From NCBI GenBank assembly GCA_036172245.1, contig JAYWIR010000002.1, positions 4,402,001 to 4,466,000 on the forward strand: a DNA stretch of 64,000 bases. Reading direction: 5' to 3'. Source of the stretch: Raillietiella orientalis (taxonomy: Eukaryota). Both the position numbers and the translations under genes were made by a program. Below, piece by piece: positions 1 through 14,100 of this stretch. Each line of letters starts with the position of its first letter. The first letter of the stretch is position 1. The notes beneath the pieces are model-generated. The model saw only the letters and a program-made list of their open reading frames with translations, searched no databases and had not been told where the DNA came from.

Positions 1-129
1 TTTCATAAACTTGGTAGTTGATGAAAGTTTTGAATTATATGTACAAATGAGATCATTATTCCTCTAAGTAACTAAAAAAAAGAAAGTGACTGTTTCCTTT
101 GGCTTTTTATTTTTGGCAAACAGTTAAAT

Positions 130-462
130 TCATGTCTTAGCTTCTTGTTCTTTGTGAATGCCATTCTCATTTAATCTAATTAAAAGGTTAGTTGAAATAA
201 TTGGATGATCTTCAGTTTTTTTCTATTTTGTATTCTCCAAACTAATGATCTTCTTTTCTACGTAAAAATATGGGAATAAAATGTTATTTGTTTCGTCTTT
301 TTCCAGTTCTCTAGTAATGATGATTCTTGCTTTTAACTTTCGTTAACCAAAACACTTAATCGTATTTTTTTTTAATTCGTCATTAATATCTATAGAAACG
401 TGTAGTCTTGTGAGACTCTTTTTGATCTTTTCATTTAGCGAATTTCTCATAATAAATCGAAG
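130..462 (-). pseudogene. Possible decayed coding exon of an unidentified gene
   Basis: A 111-codon K/E/I-rich frame follows a TACAG acceptor and has only two internal stops in very AT-rich DNA. Mini-intron-like units lie upstream. No recognisable homology. Confidence 0.25.
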
Positions 463-2762
463 CTGTATTTTTATTCTTATTTATTGATTGATTTGTAGCT
501 CAAAATCCAAATAGGTCAATAAATTCTGTCTACCTGTCCTAATCATGTTAAGCGAATTTGTAAGCGGTACTATTGTGCATTTTTCGCTCGATTTATCTAT
601 TCTTTGGTATGAGCAATGTTTTCCTATTGATGTTTTTTTTTTATATAAGAACGTACATCCCATACGTTTACTAACTCAGTACTCTACAACTTTTGTAAAT
701 GTTTCACTCTCTATAAACATATGTAATGCATACACATAATATACAAAGCATACCTGAGAAATACATTGCATTTATTTTCATAGATACTCAAAGCCATGCC
801 AATGAATGAATACTGCCGTTGAAACTTTCAAAATACCGACTTCAAAGTGCTATAAATTGATTTCGTGACTTGTTCATAAATGCAAAGGTACTACATTTCT
901 GATGATATGCTAGAACACGAATGGAATTTGAGGCTCACAGTGCTTTATGTGTGGCTCTCGAGACTTTTGGAAAATTACAATTAACTTCTTCATTATAATC
1001 CTCGCTGATATAAATCTACCATCTCATCTAATAGCAGACATTCATATAACTTAAAAAAGAAAAAAAAAAAGACTTTTACAAGCACTTGGCATTCTTGTAG
1101 CACATTTCTTAAATGGGCATGCGGCTTGTTGACAATAGGCTTTCTATGCTTCTTTGCTATAAGATGGCGGGATTTTTGATTGCAGGATGTTTTACCTAAA
1201 GTGGAAAATCAGATTTTAGCAATGGATAATGATCTCGAAGAAATAAATAATTTTTAAGTTTATAAGAAAATTCCAACCTTTATTGAAAAATATACTTCAT
1301 AAATAAATGATCTAAAATAAATGGCATGTGCAGATAAATGTTTTAAAGATTACATTGAGACAATTCACCTGTTTGTCCCACAAGAAATCAAAGTATGTAA
1401 TTGCAATGTATTTGGTGGGGTAGTATATGTTTATGTAGCAAAGCTTTGAGTGAATATGCTTTAGATTTTTCTGGATTAAAGCTTTTACGGAGGCAAAGAT
1501 TAAGGTTCGCATTTATGATATTTTGATAATTCTCTTTTAACGTAGGTTCAGATTTTTTTTTCTAACAATAACTGAATTCAGATTCAAAGCAAAGCATGTA
1601 ACAGTAGAGTTCTTTTGTTCGGCAAATTTCGAACTCCGTTGAGAACTCATCACTTCCCGTCTAATGTGAAAACTGTTAAGCAAACCGCCTTCGTAATTAG
1701 AGTGGAGCAGGTGGGAACGATGCACATTTAGGAAGTAGTATTGACTGAAGTAAACGTAACCTTAGTGATATGGTGTACACACTTTTGGAAGAATCAGCGT
1801 TTAGGAACAAGAGAGAAGATTCTGTTTCAATGATTTACTACGTTTTCTAAGCGTGTTCTTCATTTCAATTTATTGTGTTTTGAGTAAATAAAGCTATTTT
1901 ATGTTGCTGTGAGCATGGAAATAGTTCATACAAACATGTAAACTTGTACGGTACTCGAAATTGATTATGAATTAAAGAACACTGAATATCAGTAATTGTC
2001 GGAAATTATGTATACTTGGTTCACTGATGTGCAATTTTGTTAGTATGCTCCCAAAAATTGCTGAAATAAATTCTGTTTGGTTTCTCGACAAATTAATGTA
2101 CAAGCATTTCTTCATAAATCAGAAGTTTAACCAATGTTTCACCATGTTTAATTGTAGGCCTCTTTCAGTGGAAGTTATTTGCAGAATGAGATTTACATCT
2201 CTATTGTTCTGTATCACCATAATTTCAAAATAGCGCTAGTTAATAATACAGTGAAAAGTATCGTTCGTGACCACGCCTGTTAGATTATATGATATGTTGA
2301 AATAAAAGTGGACAGTTTTGAAAAATGCTGCCGTATTATCCCTGGCACCTTTTTCTGTAGTAGTAAAAGAAAATTTCCGAATTTCAAGTTTTAGTTGTTT
2401 TGGGGGGGATTGTTTGCGTGTAGCATAAAACAGTAATATAAACCCGGAAAATGAGGTAAATTATTGTCTCATTGAATTGTTACATCGTTTCCAAATTTTT
2501 GGCTTGACAGCCATGTTAGATTTTATTTATATTTGTTCCAAGTTCGACGAGTTTTATGTGTTTATCTTGCAGTTCCAGTTGCACTAAATCTAGATTGGCA
2601 TTTTTGTATGTAAATGAATAATTGATTTGGTTTACTCACTCACTTGGTATTTACTCATTGTGTGTTTTCAGTTTAAAACATGGAAACATTGGACTGATCT
2701 TTTTGAAATAAGTCATGGTTACTAAGGAAATTTCTATTTAATCAGAGTAAATAAGCACCAAA

Positions 2763-4089
2763 ATGGTGAGCTGCTACATCAGCAGGATAAGAAAGAAGTT
2801 TTCCCATGTTCTTTTCAGCAGTATCCAAATAATGAAGAGCAAAAATGCAGCAATTATATTGTAGGATCTTATCCTAAAGATTTTCGTTGTGAATATGATG
2901 AAAATGAAGACTGCTCGATTCTGAATGAATCAAAACCACGAATCCTCCTGGTAGGATTAAGAAGGTGAGTCAATTGCAGTTTCAGTCCTGATGAAATTTT
3001 TGTTTAAGAAGTGGCAAATCTTCGATATTGAAGGTTGTTTTTCACAAGATGGCTCCAAATGAGACCTTGTTTTTGGAATCCACCAGTAAAATAATCAAAG
3101 ACAACATATCAAATTCATGTTTTGTGCAGTTTGAAATTTGGGATTTTCCTGGTCAGGGCAATTATTTAGATGGTGATATAGGATGTGAAACAGCAACCAT
3201 GTTTGGACAAGTTGGTGCACTGATATTTATCATAGATGCTCAAGTAAGTAATTTGTAATTACTATCACAAAATTCATAAAGTACAGGATGAGTATCAAGA
3301 AGCTTTGAGGAAATTGCATCAGACTGTAAGCTTTGCATATAAAGTAAATCCAAGTCTGCATTTTGAAGTATTTATTCACAAAGTTGATGGTTTATCAGAT
3401 GATCTCAAGATGGAAATTCAACGAGATATTGTGCAAAAAGTCAGTGATGATATGAAAGATGAGAGTAGGTACCATAGGACTACAATGAAAATTTTAAATA
3501 ATGTTTTAGCAATGAGTCCTAATAGTATTGGCTTTTATCTCACATCAATTTATGATCATAGCATTTTTGAAGCTTTTTCCAAAGTAGTGCAAAAGCTTAT
3601 TCCTCAAATGGCCACCTTGGAAAATTTGCTCAATGTATTCATTTCGGTAAAGTAGTATGCATCATTTGTATAATAATAATAATAATAATGTTTTTCTTTC
3701 AGAATTCTTGTGTTGAAAAAGCATTTCTGTTTGATGTAGTATCAAAGATTTATGTGGCAACAGACTCAGCTCCAGTAGATATGCAGAGTTATGAATTATG
3801 CTGTGATATGATAGATGTAGTCATTGATATTTCTTGCATTTATGGTGTACGCAATGATGATGAATGTGCTACATTTGATAATCAAAGCTCAAGCATTATC
3901 CGTTTGAATCAAGGAACACGATTATATTTACGAGAAGTCAACAAACTTTTAGCTTTAGTTTGTATCTTACGTGAAGAGAGTTGCAGCAAACAAGGACTGA
4001 TAGAATATAATTTTCTTTGTTTTCGAGATGCAATCGAACAAATATTTGCTATTTGCAGTAAGACCCAATCACAAGGAAAGAGTTCATAA
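2763..4089 (+). CDS. RagC-D: Ras-related GTP-binding protein C/D (Rag GTPase, mTORC1 amino-acid sensing); 6 coding exons
   Basis: Spliced translation gives GSYPKDF...[17 protein letters not shown] (P-loop), [59 protein letters not shown] and the roadblock-domain segment [42 protein letters not shown] introns at 2766-2818 (or 2821), 2965-3008, 3244-3286, 3465-3509, 3647-3702. The start ATG at 2763 is tentative. Confidence 0.96.
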
Positions 4090-4181
4090 GCTCCCAAGAA
4101 TATTGCTATATGATAGTGAATATGTGCATCTTTTTATCCATAAATACAAATAATCAAAGAAAAAATTATAATAATAGCATC

Positions 4182-4187
4182 AATAAA
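4182..4187 (+). terminator. Polyadenylation signal AATAAA of RagC/D
   Basis: AATAAA about 90 nt after the RagC/D stop. Confidence 0.55.
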
Positions 4188-4229
4188 AAATCTTCCAAAA
4201 TGAATCTCTTGTTGCATGTGTACCTGTAG

Positions 4230-5220
4230 TCACAGAGTGTGATAACTACGTTCAGTGTGATAAGTACGTGAAGCAAAAAATTTGTGAACTATATAGAATA
4301 TTGCTATCAATCCCAAAGTAAGCACCATTCCACCTAAATGGAGAAACAATATAAATAAGTAAGCTTTGGATAAGCATAATGCAACCTACCTATAAAACTA
4401 AGGAAGTCAAAGGACCTATGCTTGGCGATTGTTAGCCCTATGGGTGAACTTGCATTAGATGAAAGGATTTGCAAAGATTTAACAGTAGTAGTAGCAGAGA
4501 TAGAGGGTGGACTGGACACAGTTGCATTTGTTATCAGAATTTCTTCTATGCTTGTCCACTTTGACACATTTTCATGTAATGAAGATGCGATTGCATATGT
4601 TGATGAAGATAAAATCTCATTAGTTGTTTCATTTGTATGTGAATTATTTGATTTTGATATAACTACGTTGATCACCGTAGTTGTTCCTACTGAAGCTTCA
4701 GAGTCTATGGATTCATTATGCTCATTTCCTCCTAAGATGAAACAAATGTTCCAAGGTTAGTTTGTTATGTCAACAACAAACTAACAATATTTTTTAAATC
4801 TTTTTCACCATTACAAATCGTTTTAAGAAACAAAAAGCACTGTACCTAAAAAATAAGATGGATATATATTACATAATACTCTACTTTAATTACTTATACT
4901 ACTTGCAAGTTTCCAAATGAATGTTTAAAGTTTTATCGCTGACAAAAGTGGGCCAAAATATGAGAAGAGTTGCAGTGCCTTCTCTTAACTTTGCAAGTGC
5001 CCACGAATCTTCGTATTAAAGAAAATGCAGCAAAGTAATGTACAATCGCTGTGTGTGCATATGTTTACGCATACGCACATACATACAGATCTTTAATATT
5101 TCAACGATATATAAGCATTCATGTACAACACTTGCACTGTTTACCTGATATGCATCGTGGCAGGCAAGTCTGAAGAATGATGAAAATTAGAATCTGTCTA
5201 TGCATTAACTTTTCGTTCAT
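4230..5220 (-). CDS. CD164: CD164/endolyn-family (visgun-like) type I lysosomal sialomucin; 3 exons (5220-5145, 4731-4390, 4333-4230)
   Basis: Signal-peptide-like exon MNEKLMHRQILIFIILQTCLPRCISG; Ser/Thr-rich mucin exon with several NxS/T sequons; family signature SFDFLSFIGGMVLTLGLIAIFYIVHKF (cf. FDAASFIGG plus TM helix); C-terminal YHTL YxxPhi sorting motif. Exon phases are compatible. Confidence 0.88.
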
Positions 5221-8200
5221 CTTTAAGCTACAACAAAAATGATTCGTATCAGTATAAACATTGAAATTGCACCATTTCTCAACAACGATGCCCCGTTCAT
5301 CAGTACGCCTATAATGTACGAACTTCAGTCCTGTTGAAGTAACGCACGTAAAGATTCTTCTGCAAAAACGATCGATTCTTTGTTGAGTGATCTTTCGTTT
5401 GTGATTTGTTTTAATATTGAAATTTGTAGGCACACTATTTCCCTACTTTTCTGCCTACTTCCAAGACGGCAGAATCGCTTATACCTTATTCATTTGTTGT
5501 AAACTTTCATAATTAGTGAATGCCAATTTCAGACTAAGAAGAAATCTCTTCTCAGTTGTCGAATACAACAGTAATCATGGCATAGCACATACAAATCAGA
5601 TTTCCCTAATAAACCCTGCTTTTCAGTCGAGTTTGTGATAATACGGACAAAGTCGGGTAATCCTTCACCCTACTATTATGGGTGCCTCTTTGATGGCACG
5701 AATTTCACTTGGCTGTGCAAATAGAACTTTAGGATGAATTCATCCTGAAGAGAAGTAGTACGACTCGAATGGCTGTTTTTTCAGAAAAAACAAAAGGTAG
5801 CAGCTAAACAAACAAAATTTGATATAGAACTGACAAGGGCTGAAGTATAAGTATAAAACTTTCTACTAAGGAGGAATAAAGACATGCGGGTTCGCACGAA
5901 AGTTTCGGTTCTTAACTTTCATGTCACAAGAATCTCAATCCTGGCGACTGAGATGGTCGTCATAGACTTTTCTAGCTGTTAATTTCATTAATACCGTAAA
6001 TAGTGCAATCAAAATTTCAGTCTGATGACTTGTATGCACTTTGCACGTAAGTAGAGTGCACACAATATTATGCACATCAGCAAAATGAAGCAAAAATTTC
6101 TAATGAGATAAAAACATGCTTGCGACATTAGACAGGCAGTAAGTACAATTCTCCGAACAATCATTAGGTGAAGATATTATTAACATATTTTCCATGATAA
6201 CTTTAGCTACAGATCAAACAAATATTACTGTTTCAGAAAAATTTCAATACGAATAGAATAGTATTTAATGGCAACAGAGAAGGATCTTGATACTAATACA
6301 AAATATGATTAATAGTGCGACTAAAGATAACAATAATTATTACTTGATAATTTATTGAGATCTTACTATTTTATATTGATAATTTAATAACCATTCGTTT
6401 TACAAATGAGAACCTAATTTCCGTAATGCTTCATTTGTGAGTAAGAAGCTTTCGTGTTAAAAGCAATAAATTACTTCATTTTCTTTTACCAATTTTTATA
6501 GAACGTGAGGCATTTCTTCAATGAAAGGACACTGTAGATTTGAAGTTATTCGTAGGCTGTCATCAAAAAATCTACATTATCAAATAATGTTATTGATTCT
6601 AACACTTCTAGCTGTTTCTTAATATGGAGATCCCCAAATGTATACTGATTTAAAACATCATCTGAACAAAGAATTCCTATAAGTACAAAAATGCAGAAAT
6701 TAATGCGACATAGAGCCTTAGGTGCAAACCATTTAGTGTCAATTTAGGAACTTTCAAACCCTAAAGAAGAAGCACCATACACGAAATATGCTTTTGGATA
6801 ACATTGTGTCAATGAGTATCTGTTCAACTGCATTTAAAAATTTCTAAGAACTCAAAAATCTATAAAGATATGAAGTATATTCATTTTCTCAAGCACTTTC
6901 ATAATCATGTTGGAAGCATGAGGAATGATTATGAAAGTGTTTAAGAACACAATTTTAGTGATTTATAGAATACGATTAAATAAAGAATAGAGTGTACTTC
7001 AGAAAAGTGAGAGAAGAAAATTAGTTAAAAAAATAGAAAATTAGAGAAAAAGATTAATGAATGAACAATGAAAAAAAATATCCTGCTGCATAGCATAGTA
7101 GCTTTTGAACTCGACTGCTAGAAATAATTATTATGATTCGCTATTATAGATTGCATGAAATGAATTCTACAATGAAATAATAACACGGGATTAATATTGC
7201 ATTTTTTTTTACAATAAGGAATCTGAAAAACTGTGATTTCATAAATGCGACTGCAATTTTTAGATCTGGTAACACAGCCAAAAAATGGCATTAGTTCATT
7301 CTTGATAGACAAGTGTATAGGTGATGTGTTCTATTGAAGCGCATTCAAATTTAAAGACAGAATAAAGAAGGTCTTATAAATTGCAAATGAATTGATGAAG
7401 TATCTATTTGAAGAAATCTTTCCATCTAATAAGCGAATGTTACCTAACATCTAAAATCTTGAGAGTTTGCCTGCTTTACTTGATTCTGCCTTCCATTTTC
7501 ATTTATACACAATGCATGCTAGGAATACATCCAAGTGTCAAACACTCGAAATCGTTGACATTTTGTAATTGCAAGCTTCTTAACTTTAGAGCTACAGTTA
7601 TCTAGAGAACATGGTATGTTAAAAAAAAAATTATCGGGAAAAGCTTAAAATTTCAACAATCTTAAAAACAGATATATACCAAGGCTAAAAGAATGTCAAT
7701 GCCATTTTTTGGATGGTTATAAAAAGAGTGAATGACAACCATTGATGATTAAAGACAGAAAAATCATCATTTATATCCAATGATAATCATTATAATTTGA
7801 AAAGCATGATGTGAGTATCCAAGATGACATGAAAAAAACGAAGTAACCAATAAAGGTTTTTATGAATTTCTAAAAGTGGATGAAAGTACTGTAAGAATGA
7901 GTAACTGTTCCTCAAAGTACATTATAAAAACGTTATGGGTAACTATACTCTTCGAAACTAATACAAGACATAAAAACATAAGCACAATATTACAGTTATC
8001 TCTTACTGCTTTTTTCAAAACACACATGAAATTTTGTATGCCTCACAGTGAAACTGATTCTATTTTGTTTGATTTGTCTCTGATTCATTTTTGAATAATC
8101 CACTATATGACTCTATTCAATATATGTATAAAGTGTTTGTATGCTTCGAAATCCTCACTTTCATTCTAAACAGTTACTTTTACATTGTACAAAAATTCAT

Positions 8201-11173
8201 TGTAAACTCATAACTGTATTAAACATTTCTTTTTACGGATCAATCTTCATCACCATGAGGAAACATATGGAATCAGTTTTACTCGAATGCTATAATGAAA
8301 TTTTTCTTTTTAACATTTGCTGATGCTTCAGGTCATTTTCCATGAATAACCGTGACAGATGATGATGAGTATAGAACTGTTGAAGATATAAATTTTTTTC
8401 ATTCTGAAAGTTGTTCCTTCCTTCCTTTTACTTATAATTCATTATGCATTAGAATGGTTTTTGATATTGCTTTGGATTTTCAAATAAGTTATTGCCCACT
8501 GAAAAAAATTAAATGAAAAATTATATCCTGTATCAATAAAGTGTTCAAAATTCTGAAAGTAATTCTGAAGTATACTACCTAATTTTATTAGGTCTTTTCT
8601 CTGAGAACACAACAATCTTGGGACACGGGGCCTTTAGTGTCATCTTTCTTGAATCTATCATCAGAAATCAGTATGGAGGTGTCGTTTCCAGCACCTCGCA
8701 TTCTTCACATAAAAGATCGTAATAATCAAAGGGATCATCTGCAAGTATTCACAAAATAGTGCTGGACATTATTGTTCCACTTAGGAATTTTTAATCTTCT
8801 CTAAAGGTTGTTTGAAAGTTCTGACGTCCATCTATTAAGAACCCTTTGAAACATTACCCTTGTGTATTTTCGAACATCTTGCTTTTCTCATTTTTGTTCT
8901 TTCAGTAACTCTACATCTTTTTCTCTTTTAATGCTGCTATTTGTGACCAGCTGTATGTCTTTGCAGTGTTTGGTTTTTAAAATTTATACTCTTGGATAGA
9001 GATATATGCTTTCAGTCTATCATTTTATGACTAAGGTTGACAATCCGTATCAGTTATACGGTTGAGTTCTTATAAACTGACTTGGTAATTGAAAAGATAT
9101 GTGAGCATCCCTACACTGCCTTAATGTTGTCCCGCGTGATACAATATATGCACAAATTCAAAAATAATGAAAATTAATGGTTACTGAGTTCATTGAATTT
9201 AGAATTTACATGTTTTGGAGGCTTAAAATAATATTCAGAAGTTGTGTATGGGCACTACTTAGCTTTAAAAAAGAAGCATTGCTTTTTTGCTTGTTTTTAA
9301 TTTTCAATAGTTTGTATTCAATTTTAAATCATAGAGGTAGAGCAAATTGTGAACCTATGTCATAATGGAATTTCTTACATTTCATTTTAATTTTTTTTAA
9401 TATCTATGTGCACATCTTTTCTGAAGCATCAACTACTTAATTGTTTACTTCTTGAGCTTCCTCAAACCTGTAATTCAGTTCTCTAATCATTCAATCATAT
9501 TTTAAAGTAAAAAATTCAAGGTTTTATTTGAAATATTGTCCCTTATATTTTTAGCAAGTAGCAAGTCCATTTCTTGGTTTCTTCAAAACAAATGATAAGC
9601 TTTTTATTATATTAAAAAAAGGAAAACATGTTTTAAGATCATAAAACTTTCAAGAACACTTTGCGTTTGTTTACAATTACATGTTCACGAAATTTTCGTA
9701 ATTAATTTAATCGTGTGTATTTGCAAAGATTTCCAAGGAGAATTATTATAACACAGAGAAATCGGATATTTCACCATAAATATGCACACAGTTTTATGTT
9801 TGGGTGTGCTTGGCACATAAGTTCTTAGCAATCGTGATTTGACTTATTAGATTGCAGTTTTTTTGCCATCTTTTTCTGGGATCCCTTATATGTTACATCT
9901 ACAATTTATATTAGTGATTTTAAATTCTTTATCTTTCATATGATGGCCAAATACAAATGTTCTGATTCTCAATGTATAGTTTGCATTGCGATTGAAAGTA
10001 GTATACAGCAACAATGCAATGGGAAAAGGAAGATTTTCTAAAAATTTCGATATTACTGAATTATGTAAGGTGATCAGTTTCAGTTAATGATTCGAAATCC
10101 CTGCAAGAAACAATGCAATTTACTTGACAGTTTTGAAAAAACACACACACACACAAAAAAAAATCTGAACTTTCTATTCTCGTGTTAGTGACCAGGAGTT
10201 CAAAATGTCTAAAAAAGCAAAAACTGCGTAAGCAAATATGATTGGAATTTCACAAATTATCACATAATAAGTGTAAAAACTCAGCTACTTGTAACAGGTT
10301 TATTACTCATTTTTTCGATGGTACTTTTAGTGATTGGTTTTACTTTATATTTTGATTTTGTCGTTACATTGATTGAAGTTTTTGTAGCAGACTGGCGTCA
10401 ACGAAGCGCTTTGAAAAGCCGGAATTGTACATTTTTGTGCTCAAATTCTCAAATTAATCTTGCTTCTTGCTGTTTGCAATTGCGAAGATTATATGGAAGT
10501 ATAATCCTTAATTAAGCAAATGTTAAGATGCAATAATAGTTTCAATAAAGTCCAAATCGAACTCTAAAAGGTAATCACAATGAAAGTTCATCCGCCATCA
10601 AGGTGGTATGAAAAATAGTGCGAAACCGTGCAATCTTCAGTTAATACGAAAATATTTTTTGGCTGTATTATCATTTAAGGAAATTTGCTTGTTTATAATT
10701 ATTATTGTGCGACTACGTACTTCCGAATACGTAATGTAACGAATTTTATGCACATACTTACTGTGATGAAGTTAAAGGATTACTGTCACAGCGTATTTAC
10801 TGGAAGTAGAAAAAAAACTCAACATGTGTTCTGCTGTTTTGTGTTTGAAACAATTGCCCACATTTCTACTCTATAAAAATTTCATGAGCTTTTGTGCCAA
10901 ATCTCAAATTAAAGATGAGATTGCTATCGTTGAGTGCTAGTATCGAAAATGGCTACCAATATTTGAATTTCGTATTGTGGTTTTACCCCAAAATGTGCAT
11001 AACTGTGTTAAGACTTTTGGAGTATTTTGATTTCTGTGACTTACTCATAATTATGTGAATGATATAACCTGCATGAAACATGTTTGGAGATTTATATCTT
11101 TTGATTGTGCGTTAAAAGTTATAGATCCTTGATCAAAATTTGATCTTATTGAAGTGATCGCATATAATATAAC

Positions 11174-14100
11174 ATGGATCCTGATAACCAAAAAAAATGT
11201 GAAGCATTGTCTAAAACTAATCCTAACACATTTTGCCAAAATGCGAATTCGAATATGGTTTCCGTATATGAACAAAATTATCCTCTTCATCTAAATATAC
11301 CCAATCACAATTCCGTGTTTACTGGAAGTGTGGATAACTGTACAAGATATGAAGAACACAAAAATACATTAGATTGTTCCACTCTTGAAAAAAAGCAAGA
11401 TTCCCGAGCAGTTAACCCAATGCCAAGTATGTACACAAAAAAGGAGCAAGAATCAGCAAATTCATTCGGAAATCCCCAAACTAATCAGTTCAGTTTACAT
11501 TCAAATCACATTTCTTCTGATGAATATTTAACATCATGTCATAAAGTGCAGCACCCATATGTGAATCCATCATCTGTTATGAAAACTAAAAAGTGTGAAA
11601 CTGATGCTGAGTCAAATATGCATCATAAAAACAGTTTGTTTTCTTCCAAAACTTCAACCACTTTGCCATCAGCTACTGTAGCAAAAAAAGAGGTGTGTAT
11701 TGATTATTATCAACGATTACTAAATCGCAAAAAATTTACTCAGTTCTCCCTCCTACTCATTTGCAATCTTTATATTTTCTTTCTTAAGATTTCTTTTCAA
11801 GTGATTTACTTAGTTGCAACTTAGTTACACTTCATTTTCAGCTCTGCTTTATTAAATATCAATGAAAATTGCAACAATTCGTGCTTAATTGATAGTAATT
11901 GGTCATTAAAACAGATTGAAAAGAAAAGTCTACCTGTTCATGAAAAGTATGCTCTTTAAGTTACTGGACATCATCTGTGGCTCAATGTATCATTGCCAAA
12001 GTCATGTATACCTAATTGAAATTATGCTGCTTTGGTTCAAATTACAGATATGGGTTCAGAATTTTTTAAATTAATTTAGGTGATTGTTTTACGTACTGTG
12101 TTTTAAATTCAATGTCCACTTTTGATATTTCTGTAGTCATCTAAGTTTTGAATGTTTTTGTGCAAATAAATTGAGTTTGCAATATCTGTGTATTCATATC
12201 TCATAAATAGCTTATTTATAAATCATTGCATACCGAATATGTCGAACATTCTAAATACTATTGTTTTTTTTAGTGAAGCATTGAAATCATTTACATTTGA
12301 AATTTATAAGTATGAGCTTTAGGACATTTGAGAGCTTAAAATTACTTGATGCAATTTTTTTTTTAAAATGAAATCAGTGAGGATGATCTATTAGGGGGAT
12401 TTTACTGTTGCATCATTGTGTTTATCTGGTTTCTCACACTTGAACATCTGTGGATGATAACTGATGTTGATATTCAGCATATTAAAATTATCCATCATAA
12501 AATACAGTACTGCCAACAATATATGTAGATTGTGGTACATATATTTAATGTGTGCATATATATTCATGTGAGTAAGAGAATTTTGAAAGGCTATTTATTC
12601 CTTGTGAAAAAAGTAGGTTTCTTCCACAGCTTTTCATAAATTAAGGTGATCCTGTAGTAACTTGAATGTGTTTACCAACAAATATCTCATGGGAAATGCA
12701 ATAGTTGGAATTTGGATGTGAGGCATTAAATGGATAAACATTGAAAATCAACACTATATAAACTTTTGATTGGTTTATCATAATTGCTGAAAAATTGTTT
12801 ACTTTGAGCAGTATGCATGAATACCAGTGTTTCTTTAGAATGTGTATGCCAGCAAAATATGAGGAATAGTTTCAAAGTTGGCCTCAGCTGCCCTCAGTTT
12901 ATTTTGGAATTATGAAATTTGGCTTTTGATATGAGTACAACCTTAAAGCATTTAAATTTCACTCTTTGTTTTTTTGTTTACTTCCGTACAATAGTAATAG
13001 TATATTGAGCTAAATCTTGTCCCAGACTGCAGCCACAACCTTTAGGCACAAATAGGAATATGAAATTATCTGATAAAGTCAGCTTCTCAAATTCTGATTG
13101 CATGCTTTTATCCCTTCATATGCTTGATCGTTATTCTAATTTTGATTTCTCTGATTGTGAATAACTTTACAATAGTTTTAAAGCATTGCTAATCATATTT
13201 ATGAAGCTTCCAAATTTTGAAGGTACAAAACAATTTAAAGCATTCGTTGATGTAAATAGTTTACACAGCTTTTGGTGTTTTTTTGAAAGTTAAGACTTGA
13301 ATTTCGAAAGTTTTTTCATTATGTTCAAATTAAAGTAAGTTTTCAAGTCCTTTGCTTTCATACATAAATCCGAATTTTCTAATCGTTTTCTTAATATTTA
13401 AAAATGACTTATGTTTAATGTTAATAAGGATGCTGCCAATGATTACTACAAGTGCTTTCAATTTTATTAAAAACACGAAGATGTGTTGCTTAGAATTCCA
13501 TTTACAGTACTTACTGATTTGTTCATTTTCATCACAGAATCACGAAAAGTTCAGGTTTAGGTTCCAATTTTGTCCTTAATAACGAATTTTGCATAATAGC
13601 TATAGTTGCTGGTACATTTTTTTTTCGAAGTACATTTTTTTTTTTTTTTCAAATTAACATGTTTTTTAGGGGATTTATACTTGTAAATCCAGTGGGAGGT
13701 AGTACCACATCATGTTGATTTCAAGTGTAGGTTCTTTTCATTCTCATGTTGTGTATTCTCCAGCATATCTACAAAGTATCATTCAAAAAGTTATTGATAT
13801 TCGCAATTTTCATCTAAAATCAAAACCATGAGTAGTGTCCTCAAAAAAGAAATAAGTATAAGCTCACATTTTCCAGTATATGGAGAAAATTGAATCCTCA
13901 TTTCAATACTCATGAAATATAGATTCAAATGGGTTAAGTAAATGTATCCTATTTAAAACTTCATGGAAAATTGTGTTCCACCACCAACTTTTATGTTTTC
14001 AGTACATATTCAACTTTGTGTTGCGGTTTGCCTAATCTGTTGTACAGATGTCATACAGCTGTATGCTGCTTTAATCTGAGTATCTTTATTGATTCTCACT

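Noticed and set aside
2451-2455. ATGAG|GTAAAT as first coding exon of RagC/D
   Set aside because: I could not join it in frame to the downstream exons; more likely a 5' UTR exon, so ATG 2763 was used
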